Source: Ignicoccus hospitalis KIN4/I | Lineage (GTDB): Archaea > Thermoproteota > Thermoprotei_A > Sulfolobales > Ignicoccaceae | Direction: 5' to 3' | Assembly (NCBI RefSeq): GCF_000017945.1 | Contig: NC_009776.1 | Coordinates: 900,001 to 932,000 of the forward strand | DNA length: 32,000 nt | Shown here: positions 1-8,948 of the stretch, piece by piece | How positions within the stretch are numbered: the first letter of the stretch is position 1 | Layout of the letters: each line of letters opens with the position of its first letter | Notes under the pieces: generated by a model | The model's input: the letters and a program-made list of their open reading frames with translations, nothing else | Told to the model about the DNA's origin: nothing | The model's database searches: none | Made by a program: the position numbers and the translations under genes

Positions 1-1295
1 TGATAGCTCAAACGGTCAGGAGGATGGCGAGGGACTACGGCCTCAAGCTTCCGGCATTAAGCGTGGAGAAGATAACTTACTACATAGTGAGGGACACCGT
101 CGGCTACGGGCCCATGGACGTCATAATCAACGACCCGGCGATAGAGGACATCTTCTGCGACGGCACCAACTTACCCATATACGTGTGGCACCAGAAGTAC
201 GAGTGGCTCAGGAGCAACGTGGTCTGGATAGACGAGGACGAGCTGGTGAGGTACGTGAGGAAGTTGGCCGTGAGGGCGGGCAAGGAGCTTAGCTACGCCC
301 AGCCCATACTGGACGGCGCCATACCCCCTTGGAAGTATAGGCTCCACGCCACGCACCCAATAGTCACTTATCGAGGGCCCTCCTTCACGATAAGGAAGTT
401 CCGCGAGAACCCATTCACCTTGCCCGAGCTCGTTAGGCTCGGGACCATCTCACCCGAAATCGCCGCTTACTTGTGGATACTCGTGGACTCCATAAACTCC
501 GCTCTAGTAGTGGGGGCCATGGCCTCTGGGAAAACAACAATGCTAAACGCGATCGCTATGATGATACCTCCGGAGAGCAAGATAGTCACCGCAGAGGACA
601 CCCCGGAGATAAGGCTCCCCCACGAGAACTGGGTAGCTATGGTTACTAGGCCCTCCAACGAGCCCGGCGTAGCCAACATAACTTTGTACGACTTGTTGAA
701 GTCAGCTTTGAGGCAGAGGCCGGAGTTCATCATCGTAGGAGAGATACGAGGCGAGGAAGCCTTCACCTTCTTCCAAGCGGTCTCCGTGGGCCACGGGGGC
801 TTGGGGACGGTTCACGGAGAAACTATAGACGCTGCGATAAAGAGGCTAATTACCAAACCTATGGACGTGCCTAAGGGACTTATACCGTCGGTGAAGGTAT
901 TCATTCACATGGCTAGGGTTAAGTACGGCGGCAAGATAGTTAGGAGGGCGCTGGAGGTAAGGGAAATAATTACCTTGGACGAGAGGGGAGACCTAGTTAT
1001 GAGCACCGCCTTCAAGTGGGACTACGAGACCGACACGTGGAAGGAGGCCCAACACTTGTACCTAATTGAGGACGCGGCCCAGAAGATGCTCATGGACTAT
1101 CACCAGCTGTACAACGAGATGAAGAGGAGGGCTGTTGTCATAAAGTGGATGGTGTGGAGGGAGAAAACGTCCGTAAAGGACGTAATGGAAATAACGAGGA
1201 AGTATAGGAGGAACCCCAACGCGGTCTACACTCAAGTAGCCTCGGAGCTGAGGGTGTCGGGGCTGGTGGAGGAGCTGGAGGTGCTCCCGATATGA
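1..1295 (+). CDS. Archaeal type IV filament / type II-IV secretion ATPase (ArlI/FlaI/TadA-like), 5' end probably outside the window
   Basis: Walker A-like VVGAMASGKTTMLNA, Walker B/Asp-box region FIIVGEIRGEEAFTFFQAVSVGHGGLGTVHGET, IEDIFCDG N-terminal motif. The track starts at ATG 24, but the frame is open to the window edge (IAQTVRRMARD...), so it may extend upstream. Confidence 0.92.
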   Translation, partial: IAQTVRRMARDYGLKLPALSVEKITYYIVRDTVGYGPMDVIINDPAIEDIFCDGTNLPIYVWHQKYEWLRSNVVWIDEDELVRYVRKLAVRAGKELSYAQPILDGAIPPWKYRLHATHPIVTYRGPSFTIRKFRENPFTLPELVRLGTISPEIAAYLWILVDSINSALVVGAMASGKTTMLNAIAMMIPPESKIVTAEDTPEIRLPHENWVAMVTRPSNEPGVANITLYDLLKSALRQRPEFIIVGEIRGEEAFTFFQAVSVGHGGLGTVHGETIDAAIKRLITKPMDVPKGLIPSVKVFIHMARVKYGGKIVRRALEVREIITLDERGDLVMSTAFKWDYETDTWKEAQHLYLIEDAAQKMLMDYHQLYNEMKRRAVVIKWMVWREKTSVKDVMEITRKYRRNPNAVYTQVASELRVSGLVEELEVLPI

Positions 1296-2272
1296 GCACC
1301 AAGGTAGTTTTAGAAGAGATCCTCGCGAAGTACGAAAGGAAGAAAAAGAAGGAGCTGGAGGCGCCGAGCCAAATATTCTACATCATGTATAGGATAGCCA
1401 AAGAGCTGGGTATAGAGAGGACTCTGGAGAAGTCCTTCAAAAGCTTGGAGAAGTACATAATAGGCTCCGCTCTCAAGGTGTCCTACCCGGTCTACGTCTC
1501 CACGATGGTGCTCCTCCCCCTGTTCATCGCTCCTATAATAGCCGCCTTCACGTTCTTCGTAACGTTTTACGTACTTTACTTGCCAGTTCCGATGGTATTC
1601 GCTTTAACCTTCCTTTCGTTCGTATTAGGCTACGCCATATTGTTCATGTTGTTCTACATGATACCTATAATGATGTTCTCGTCGAGAGCCCCCCAGCTGG
1701 AGAAGAGCTTGGTGGTGCTCTACGCTTACTTGGCCGCCCTAGGCGTCTCCGGGACCACTTACTCCGAGGCGCTGAGGAAGCTCTACGAGAAGAGCGAGAG
1801 CTTGGGCGCGGAGCCGGAGCTGGGCGAGGTTGTAAAGAGGGTGTTCATACTGGGCGAGGACATAGTTGAGGTCTTGAAGGAAGTGGCGGAGATGACCCCA
1901 CACAGGGACTTCTCGAACTTCTTGAGGGGCCTCGCCAACGTCATAGAGTCCGGCACCGGACTGGAGAACTTCGCCGATGTAGGCTTCGAAACTTCAATGG
2001 CCTCCATGGAGGCAAAAATGAAGGAAGTTATGGGAGCGCTGGAGATAATGAGCGAAATGTACGTCACCGGCGCGGCGGTCATGCCTATACTCGGCCTCTC
2101 CTTCGCGGTCGTGTTAAGCACCATGGGTCCGGCCGCCCAGAGCTTCGGCCTCTCCCTCCCCGTGCCCCCCGGGCTGCTGGCGGGACTCATGGCTTTCCTG
2201 GCCATACCGCTGCTCTCCATATTCGCGATATTGATGGTAGACGGAACTCTGAGCAGGGTGAGGGGGTGGTAA
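1292..2272 (+). CDS. Type II secretion F-domain / ArlJ-TadC-like membrane platform protein, first half
   Basis: Overlaps the ATPase stop by 4 nt. Hydrophobic helices flank a charged region typical of T2SSF (FSNFLRGLANVIESGTGLENFADVGFE). Located directly after the ATPase. Confidence 0.8.
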   Translation: MSTKVVLEEILAKYERKKKKELEAPSQIFYIMYRIAKELGIERTLEKSFKSLEKYIIGSALKVSYPVYVSTMVLLPLFIAPIIAAFTFFVTFYVLYLPVPMVFALTFLSFVLGYAILFMLFYMIPIMMFSSRAPQLEKSLVVLYAYLAALGVSGTTYSEALRKLYEKSESLGAEPELGEVVKRVFILGEDIVEVLKEVAEMTPHRDFSNFLRGLANVIESGTGLENFADVGFETSMASMEAKMKEVMGALEIMSEMYVTGAAVMPILGLSFAVVLSTMGPAAQSFGLSLPVPPGLLAGLMAFLAIPLLSIFAILMVDGTLSRVRGW

Positions 2273-2275
2273 GCC

Positions 2276-3211
2276 TTGAAGCTTTCGAAGGACGAGATAA
2301 TAATTTCAATTGTGTTGCCGATAGTTGGGATATTCGTGGGCGTTTTGCTCTACCAGCCCCCCGGGGACAAGGTGTTCGAAGCTCTGCCTAGGATATACTT
2401 GCCCTACAGGCCGGAGACCTTGAGGGCCATAGGAATAAGCTTGATGTTGATAATTGCCGGCCCAGCCATAGGGTATTACAAGTTCATGAGAAGGGTCGAA
2501 AGCGTAATTACCAACACCCCGCTAATGCTACAAGACTTGGCAGTAACGGTGAGGAGCGGAGTGAAGGTAAACGCGGCATTCGTGGAGATTTCCGACAGAG
2601 ACTACGGCGCCCTCTCGCCCTACGTGAGGAGAATAGCCTCCATGATATACCTCCTAGGCCTCGACTTGCTAGACGCCATAAGGCTAGTAATAAGGGAGTT
2701 ACCAAAAGAGACGAGGAAGTACTTCTACTTCATTGAAGAGGCCTACGAGAGCGGCGGGAGGGCTATGGAGGTGCTGGACAAGGCCTCCGAACTGGCCAGG
2801 AGGATAAGGGAGTTCGAACTGGAGAGGGAGAAGACGTTGAAGAACCAAGGCTTCATAATTCTGTTCAGCGTGCTCATCTTCGTAGCTACGGCAGCTATAC
2901 TTTACTACCTAGCGGTGCAGATGTACGCGTCTTCGATGGAAGTTAACAAGAAGCTCGGAAAGAACGAGCTCAAGCCCGTGGACCCGTTGGAAGTCCTCGG
3001 CTACGTGTTCTACATGGGCTTGAGCCTCTCCTTGACGGCCGGCATAGCCACGGGGAAGATAGTCAAGGGCACGGTCGCGGCGGGCTTGTTCTACGCGCTG
3101 ATAGTCATGGGACTGTCGTTGGGCATAGTCTTCACCCTCCCCATGATAATTCCCCCGTACCCGCAGGAGAGTCAAGCGCAAACCGTCAACCCGCTGACGG
3201 CAGCTCGATAA
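2276..3211 (+). CDS. Type II secretion F-domain / ArlJ-TadC-like membrane platform protein, second half (TTG start)
   Basis: Hydrophobic segments plus T2SSF-like LMLQDLAVTVRSGVKVNAAFVEI. Same reading frame as the previous ORF, separated by one TAA (2270-2272). Confidence 0.8.
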   Translation: MKLSKDEIIISIVLPIVGIFVGVLLYQPPGDKVFEALPRIYLPYRPETLRAIGISLMLIIAGPAIGYYKFMRRVESVITNTPLMLQDLAVTVRSGVKVNAAFVEISDRDYGALSPYVRRIASMIYLLGLDLLDAIRLVIRELPKETRKYFYFIEEAYESGGRAMEVLDKASELARRIREFELEREKTLKNQGFIILFSVLIFVATAAILYYLAVQMYASSMEVNKKLGKNELKPVDPLEVLGYVFYMGLSLSLTAGIATGKIVKGTVAAGLFYALIVMGLSLGIVFTLPMIIPPYPQESQAQTVNPLTAAR

Positions 3212-3243
3212 GGCCCCTCCCAGCGAGCGCCGCAAGAGGAGAG

Positions 3244-4329
3244 ATGAGGGAAGAGGCAGCCGCCTTCCTCCTGACCTTTGCAGCCGCTTCCGCCTTCGTC
3301 GCCTTGCCCTACTTGCTCCTCCAAGCCAAGGGCATACCGCTGGGCGAGAGGGTACCGGCCGACAGGATAGTGATCGAGCTCGGAACGATAAATACGGCTT
3401 TCATGCTTTCGAGGGCTCTGGGGAGCTCCAGGGCCTCCGAGGGGAGCCCTAAGGTCGGGGCGCTCTTGGTGGCCTCCGGCTTGGCTTTAATGACGTTGCC
3501 GTCCTTCCCCTCCCTCTTGCTGGGGAGGGCCTTACAAGGGGTGGGCTCGGGCCTCGCCTTCCCGGCCTTGGAGCGGGGCGCGGCGAGGAGGGGAGTCAAG
3601 GGCATGGTGAGGCTGACCGTCGCACAGAACTTGGGCTTCTCCACGGGCTCCCTCTTCGCCGGGGCAGTGATGGTGACCCCCTCCTTGCCCTTGGCAATCG
3701 CTTTGCCGGCGGCCGCCGCGGCCTCGACCTTGGTCCCCTCGGGCGCCAGGGGGAGGAGGAAGGGAGGTTCCAACAAGGTGTTGAAAATACTTTACTTAAC
3801 TGCCTTCATAAACGGCTTGTCCTTGGGTTCCAGGGGGCCGGCCCTCTCGGCGTACGTCATGCAGTACGTAAGCGCCCTCCCGGCCCACTACTCGGCCGCT
3901 TGGGGGGTCCCCGGCTTGCTCTCAATGGCCTTGAGCTACGCCTTAGCTTCTAAGCTCGACTCCTTAGGGACTGCAAGTAAGCTCTACGCCTCCTCCGTCC
4001 TCAAGCTGGTCCAAGTGCTCGCCTTAGCCCTAGTGCCCTTCGTAGCGGACTTGTGGTCCCTCTTGGCCTTGCTTACCTTGGGTAGGACCGCTTCCACTCT
4101 TTCCGTCTCCGCCTCCAAGGCGGCTCAAGGGAGCGTCTCGGGTAAGGTAGAGCACTTCGGCAACAGACAGACCGCCTTCAGCTTGGGCAACGCACTGGGC
4201 CCCTTGGTGGGGGCGTCTCTCTATAAAGCGCTCGGGCCGGCCTCCTTGTTCGCGGTTGCGGGGTTAGGACTGCTCTCCTCAGCTCTCTACGCTTTGGGAG
4301 GGAAGGAAGCGAAAAAATTGGGAGCTTAA
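3244..4329 (+). CDS. Major facilitator superfamily-like transporter
   Basis: About 10-12 hydrophobic segments; motif-like [27 protein letters not shown] and a second half with a similar pattern. Confidence 0.75.
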   Translation: MREEAAAFLLTFAAASAFVALPYLLLQAKGIPLGERVPADRIVIELGTINTAFMLSRALGSSRASEGSPKVGALLVASGLALMTLPSFPSLLLGRALQGVGSGLAFPALERGAARRGVKGMVRLTVAQNLGFSTGSLFAGAVMVTPSLPLAIALPAAAAASTLVPSGARGRRKGGSNKVLKILYLTAFINGLSLGSRGPALSAYVMQYVSALPAHYSAAWGVPGLLSMALSYALASKLDSLGTASKLYASSVLKLVQVLALALVPFVADLWSLLALLTLGRTASTLSVSASKAAQGSVSGKVEHFGNRQTAFSLGNALGPLVGASLYKALGPASLFAVAGLGLLSSALYALGGKEAKKLGA

Positions 4330-4484
4330 GCCGCTTGGGCGAGGAGCTTCTTCTGGAGCCTCAAGAACTCCCTCCTGTTCCTGACCCTGGGGGGCTTGTT
4401 CTTCCTGTTGGGGTTCTTGGGGGGTATCTTGGGGGTTTGGCTCCTCACCTTCCCGGCCTTGGTAAGGCTACCGTGGGACCCCAT
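4326..4484 (-). CDS. rps30e: 30S ribosomal protein S30e (eS30)
   Basis: Manual reverse-strand translation: [52 protein letters not shown], a characteristic archaeal S30e sequence. Absent from the ORF track (52 aa, below cutoff). Its stop overlaps the convergent MFS stop. Confidence 0.96.
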   Translation of the reverse strand: MGSHGSLTKAGKVRSQTPKIPPKNPNRKNKPPRVRNRREFLRLQKKLLAQAA

Positions 4485-4533
4485 CGCTTCCCACCAACCT
4501 TCATTATCCCGGACCGGGGTTTATTAAGATGGC

Positions 4534-4890
4534 ATGATAGTGGAGGAGCAGTGCTCCCAGCTGTTCAAGGCAATGAGCTTGAAGGGGGAGAGGTTCTGCA
4601 AGCCCTTCGCCGTTAGGGACGGAAAGTACGGCGTGGGAGGGCTCCTGGCAGTCACCAAGTCCGGCGAGCTGTTTGAGGTTTGTTTCATTTTTGAAGTGGT
4701 CCGCTTTTACGAGGGCGCCCAAGCCGGCCTCTTCTACACGGACCAAGCCCTCTGCGGTCTAGGGGGGAGGGAGGTCTTGGAGCGAGCGGCCGGGCTGGCT
4801 TACGAGATATTCAAAGAGGTAACTAAGAGGGAGTCGGAAAAGGTTAAGGAGGGGCTCCTCGCCGCGTTCTCTCTAAGTACTTCTTCTTGA
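4534..4890 (+). CDS. Conserved-looking hypothetical protein (118 aa)
   Basis: ORF with A/T-rich promoter-like TTTATTAA about 20 nt upstream of ATG; amphipathic, plausible composition. Family not recognised. Confidence 0.6.
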   Translation: MIVEEQCSQLFKAMSLKGERFCKPFAVRDGKYGVGGLLAVTKSGELFEVCFIFEVVRFYEGAQAGLFYTDQALCGLGGREVLERAAGLAYEIFKEVTKRESEKVKEGLLAAFSLSTSS

Positions 4891-5113
4891 ATGCCTCGCA
4901 GAGGTCCACGTTCAGCAAGTTGGCCAGCGAGAGGAGCCAAGCTAGGACGTCCGCGAACTCCTCCTCCAAGCCCTCCCCCTTAATTATGGCCTCGGCCAGC
5001 TCCCCTACCTCCTCCACGAACCAGAGGGCGGTGGCCTCCACCCCCCTGTTGAAGTCCTTGAGGAAGTACTCGCTCTCCACGAACTTCTGGAGCTCTTCTA
5101 GGTCGCACCTCAA
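4844..5113 (-). CDS. MazG-like NTP pyrophosphohydrolase-fold protein (89 aa, TTG start)
   Basis: LWFVEEVGELAEAIIKGEGLEEEFADVLAWLLSLANLLNVDLCEAFKKKY matches the MazG EExxEx(12-28)ExxD pattern. The start is reassigned to TTG 5113, overlapping the stop of the upstream small membrane ORF. Confidence 0.8.
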   Translation of the reverse strand: MRCDLEELQKFVESEYFLKDFNRGVEATALWFVEEVGELAEAIIKGEGLEEEFADVLAWLLSLANLLNVDLCEAFKKKYLERTRRGAPP

Positions 5114-5295
5114 CAGAGTCCTCCCCGGGACATGGCGTCCCCGAGGACCTTTATCGACGCAGCGAGGAGGGCGTAGGCCAACAAGGAGAGCGCCGCGCCG
5201 CCCCAGTTCCCGGTGACCACCGAGAAAAAGAAGTACAAGGCCTCTCCGAAGGTTAGGACCGCTAAGAGCAAGAGGGCGCTCCAACACACGCTCAC
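5110..5295 (-). CDS. Small membrane protein (61 aa, two predicted TM helices)
   Basis: Hydrophobic ORF ALLLLAVLTFGEALYFFFSV / LSLLAYALLAASIKVLG, coupled to mazG-like by stop/start overlap and to ileS by overlap. Confidence 0.6.
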   Translation of the reverse strand: MSVCWSALLLLAVLTFGEALYFFFSVVTGNWGGAALSLLAYALLAASIKVLGDAMSRGGLC

Positions 5296-8200
5296 TTCAC
5301 CAGAGCTATGACCACCTTAGAGCCTTCTAAGCTCCATTCTTTGCCCTCCGGGGGCTCGCCGGAGGTCACCACCTCTTCTGCCCTCACCTCCTTGGCCACG
5401 TACTCCTTGAACTCTTCCACGGCCTTCAGTATCTCCTCGTTGTCGCTGAAAACTATTACCTTCTTCAGGACGTAGTCCAACGGTAAGTCCTCTTCCTTCC
5501 TCATTGTTTGTATCCTCCTTATCACCTCTCTTGCCAAGCCCAGCATCTTGGTCCTCTCGTCCAGCCTCACCTTGACGTAAACCTTCAAGCTCTCCGTCTC
5601 TATCACGTCGAAGTCGCCGGCCGGAGGCTCCTCCACAACCTTGACGTCCAACACGTTCGCGTACACGCCGAGCGCCTTGGCAGCCCTCTTAACGGCCACG
5701 ACGCTCAAGGCGGGTTTGTATATCACTTCTTCGGCCTCCTTGTTGCCCCTCTTCACCTTCACCCTCTCCGCCTTTTCTTCCCTGCTCTTCACCACCACGT
5801 AGGCCTCCGGGAGGGGCCACCTCCTCTTGACTCCCCTCTCCGTCCTAAGGGCCAACACCTTCTCCGCCGCCTCCAAGAGCTCCTCCACAGCCTTGGCCTC
5901 CTCCGGGTCGTACAAGCTGTTCTCCTCCGGCCACTGGAGCATGTGGACGCTCTCCTCCTCGAAGCCCAAGGCCCTCTGGAAGCGCTGGTACAAGTACTCC
6001 GCCAAGAACGGGACGAAGGGAGCGCTCATCCTTATTGCGGCGTCCAAGGCGAGGAACAGGGCGCTGTAGGCGGCCAGCTTGGAGGGGGTCTCCTCTTCCT
6101 CCCACACCCTAGGCCTCACGAGCGTTATGTACTTGTGGCTCAACACCTCAACTATGAACTCTTGGAGGGCTTGTGCGGCGCGGTGAATGGCGGACCTCTC
6201 CAACTCCTCGGCGACTCTCTTGGAGTACTCGTTTAGCTTCCAGAGGACCCAGCTGTCCTCCGGCTCCAAGCTCTTCAAGCCCTCCTCCAACTTCTCCAAG
6301 CTCCACTTGTCGAGCTCCATGTAGCTCTTCGCGAACTTGACGGAGTTCCAGAGTATGTCCAAGGTCCTCTTAGCGAGCTTTATGTCCTCCGGGTCGAAGC
6401 GTACCGAGTCCCAAGGGGCGCTCTTTATCGCGAAGAAGAACCTCACCGGGTCCGCCCCGTAAGTCTTGAACACGTCCTTAGCCCAGACCACGTTACCCTT
6501 GCTCTTGCTCATCTTCTTCCCGTGCTTGTCCAGTATGTGGCCTTGGGTGAGCACTTGCTTGTAGGGGGCCCTCCCGTGCCACGTGACGCCGGTAACCAAC
6601 AAGGTGTAGAACCAGCCTCTGGTCTGGTCGAGGGCCTCAGTTATCCAGTCGTACGGGTAGAACAAGTCCCAGTAGTCCTCCGCGCCTATCTGCTTGAGGG
6701 AGGCGGTGTGGGCTACGCCGGAGTCTAGCCACACGTCCACGACGTAGGGCTCCCTTACCATCACGCCCCCGCACTTGGGGCACTTGAGCTTCACCTCGTC
6801 GACCCAAGGCCTGTGGTGGTCCACCACGGCCTCCGGGTTAAGGGCTACTTTCTTGAGCTCATCTAGGCTGGAGACCGCCACGCGGTGGCCGCACGAAGTA
6901 CAAGTCCATATGGGCAGAGGGGTCCCCCAGAACCTCTCTCGGCTTATAGTCCAGTCCTTCGCGTTCTGGAGCCAGTCGCTCATCCTGTCGTAGGCCCACT
7001 TGGGGTACCAAGTAACCTTGTCGTTCTCGTTGACTAACGTCTCCCTTAAGTCCTCGACCTTTATGAACCACTGTTCGTCGGCGTAGTACATCAGCGGCGT
7101 GTCGCACCTCCAGCAGTGGGGGTACTCGTGCTCGATCGTGCCTACGTGGACGGCAAGGCCCTTCTCCTTTAGGTCCTTTATAACTTCCTTCTCCGCCTCC
7201 TTAAACCACATGCCCGCGTACTTGCCGGCCTCCTCGGTGAAGTGGCCGTCCTTCCTTATCGGCCTGAACACCTCTATGCCGACCCGCCTACAAGCCTCGA
7301 AGTCCTCCGCGCCGTGGGCGGGGGCCATGTGGACTATTCCGGTACCGGAGTCCATCGATACGAATATCTGCTTCTCCTCTATTTCTTTCCCGTTTACCAG
7401 TACTTTCTTCCTGACGACCGCGCCCTCGATCACGGTGTGGTGGGGCTTAGGGTGCTCCTTGTGGGCGGGGACCTCCTCTAACAACGGGTGGACGTACTCC
7501 TTCCCTATCAGCTCCTCCCCCTTGAACTTCTCGAGGACCTTGTAGTCCTTCAAACCTACTTCCTTCGCGAAGGGCTCTAGCCTCTTCTCAGCCAGTATCC
7601 ACTTCTCCTTCTTCCCGTTAGCGTCCACCTCTATTTTCACGTAGGTCTCGTAAGGGTGAACCGCGGCGGCCTCGTTGGCGATTATGGTCCAAGGGGTGGT
7701 GGTCCAAGCGACGAGGTAGGTCTCTTCCTCGTCTTTCAAGGGGAGCTTGAAGTAGAAGCTCGGGTCCTTAACCGTCTTGTAGCCCAAGGCGACCTCGTGG
7801 GAGGAGAGCGCGGTCTCGCAGCGCGGGCAGACGGCGACTACCCTCAAGCCCTTGTATATCCTCCCTTGATCGAACATCTTCTTCAAGTAGCTCCAGGCGG
7901 CGTCCAAGTACTTGGGGTGGCGGGTCTCGTAGGCGTTGTCGTAGTCCAGCCAGAGGCCCATCCTCTCGCTGTCGGCCCTCCAGTGGGAGATGTAGTAGTC
8001 CACCAGCTCTTGACACTCCTTGACGAACTTCTCTACCCCGTACTTGAGTATGTCTTTCTTGCTCTTGAAGCCGTGCTTCTTCTCCACCTCCAGCTCGACG
8101 GGGAGGCCTTGGGTGTCCCACCCGGCTTGGTCCCACACCCAGTACCCCTTCATCCTCCAGAACCTTAGGATCACGTCCTTGTAGGTCCTCCCCCTCATGT

Positions 8201-8369
8201 GGCCTACGTGCATGAACCCGTTGGCCGTGGGCGGCCCCTCCAAGAACCGGAAGAGCTTAACCTTCCCCCTCTTTTTGCTAAGCTCTTTAACTTTCTCGTA
8301 TATCTTATTCTCTTTCCAGAACTTGAACACTTCCTCCTCCACTTTGAGGGGGTCGTACTTCGGCTCCAC
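5292..8369 (-). CDS. ileS: Isoleucyl-tRNA synthetase
   Basis: 1025 aa; class I HVGH and KMSKS motifs; GWDTQGLPVELEVEK; CxxC zinc motifs; HxRPWVDEVKLKCPKCGG; typical C-terminal anticodon-binding region. Confidence 0.97.
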   Translation of the reverse strand: MEPKYDPLKVEEEVFKFWKENKIYEKVKELSKKRGKVKLFRFLEGPPTANGFMHVGHMRGRTYKDVILRFWRMKGYWVWDQAGWDTQGLPVELEVEKKHGFKSKKDILKYGVEKFVKECQELVDYYISHWRADSERMGLWLDYDNAYETRHPKYLDAAWSYLKKMFDQGRIYKGLRVVAVCPRCETALSSHEVALGYKTVKDPSFYFKLPLKDEEETYLVAWTTTPWTIIANEAAAVHPYETYVKIEVDANGKKEKWILAEKRLEPFAKEVGLKDYKVLEKFKGEELIGKEYVHPLLEEVPAHKEHPKPHHTVIEGAVVRKKVLVNGKEIEEKQIFVSMDSGTGIVHMAPAHGAEDFEACRRVGIEVFRPIRKDGHFTEEAGKYAGMWFKEAEKEVIKDLKEKGLAVHVGTIEHEYPHCWRCDTPLMYYADEQWFIKVEDLRETLVNENDKVTWYPKWAYDRMSDWLQNAKDWTISRERFWGTPLPIWTCTSCGHRVAVSSLDELKKVALNPEAVVDHHRPWVDEVKLKCPKCGGVMVREPYVVDVWLDSGVAHTASLKQIGAEDYWDLFYPYDWITEALDQTRGWFYTLLVTGVTWHGRAPYKQVLTQGHILDKHGKKMSKSKGNVVWAKDVFKTYGADPVRFFFAIKSAPWDSVRFDPEDIKLAKRTLDILWNSVKFAKSYMELDKWSLEKLEEGLKSLEPEDSWVLWKLNEYSKRVAEELERSAIHRAAQALQEFIVEVLSHKYITLVRPRVWEEEETPSKLAAYSALFLALDAAIRMSAPFVPFLAEYLYQRFQRALGFEEESVHMLQWPEENSLYDPEEAKAVEELLEAAEKVLALRTERGVKRRWPLPEAYVVVKSREEKAERVKVKRGNKEAEEVIYKPALSVVAVKRAAKALGVYANVLDVKVVEEPPAGDFDVIETESLKVYVKVRLDERTKMLGLAREVIRRIQTMRKEEDLPLDYVLKKVIVFSDNEEILKAVEEFKEYVAKEVRAEEVVTSGEPPEGKEWSLEGSKVVIALVK

Positions 8370-8426
8370 TGCGTGGTACCCTTAACGGGCAAAGGGGGGT
8401 CGGAAAAATTCTCTCCGGGGCGTCGC

Positions 8427-8948
8427 TTGTGCGACTTGGTGTGTAACAAGGACCCCTGCTTCTGTTGGGACGACGAGGTCTACGCCCCGGCCGAGGACAC
8501 TTGGCTCGCGTGGAGGCTCTTGGAGGGCCTGCCGGAGGTCGGCGGCCTAGGGGTGGACGTGGGGACGGGCTCTTGTGTACTCATGAACGTGCTCGCGCGT
8601 AAGGTGGACTTCGCCATAGGCATTGACATAAACCCGTGCGCCGCCAAGGCTTGCAAGCTCTGCTCCTTCGAGGCGGCCTTGTGTAACTCTACCTCTTGCC
8701 TGTCCAGACCGGCCGACTTAGCGGTGGCGAACTTGCCCTACTTGCCGTGCGAGGACGACCCGGCCACGTGTTGGAAGTGGGGGAGGGAGGTCCTCGAACA
8801 CTTGAAGGTAAAGAAGGGGGGATACTTGGTCTTGGTCTGGAGCTCGTTGACCCCGGAGTTCGAGCTCCGAGGGTACGAGGCCTTGAGGGTCGAGGAGGTG
8901 AGCTTGGGGTTCGAGACCCTAAGGGGGGCGGTGTTCAGAAGGCTCTGA
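8427..8948 (+). CDS. HemK/PrmC-like class I SAM-dependent methyltransferase, Cys-rich (start uncertain: TTG 8427/8436 or GTG 8439)
   Basis: VYAPAEDTWLAWRLLE, GLGVDVGTGSCVLMNVLA (motif I), VDFAIGIDINPCAAKA, and NLPYLP in place of NPPY. The track ORF from 8199 overlaps ileS antisense and is over-extended. Confidence 0.8.
   Translation: MCDLVCNKDPCFCWDDEVYAPAEDTWLAWRLLEGLPEVGGLGVDVGTGSCVLMNVLARKVDFAIGIDINPCAAKACKLCSFEAALCNSTSCLSRPADLAVANLPYLPCEDDPATCWKWGREVLEHLKVKKGGYLVLVWSSLTPEFELRGYEALRVEEVSLGFETLRGAVFRRL

Noticed and set aside
24-1295. Interpreting the filament locus as a complete archaellum operon
   Set aside because: Only ATPase and platform-like ORFs are present; no ArlH, ArlF/G, pre-archaellin or prepilin peptidase is visible in the window.
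5508-8168. Several plus-strand ORFs inside ileS (e.g. 5508-6236, 7099-7545, 7656-8168)
   Set aside because: Antisense shadows of a complete, motif-confirmed isoleucyl-tRNA synthetase.
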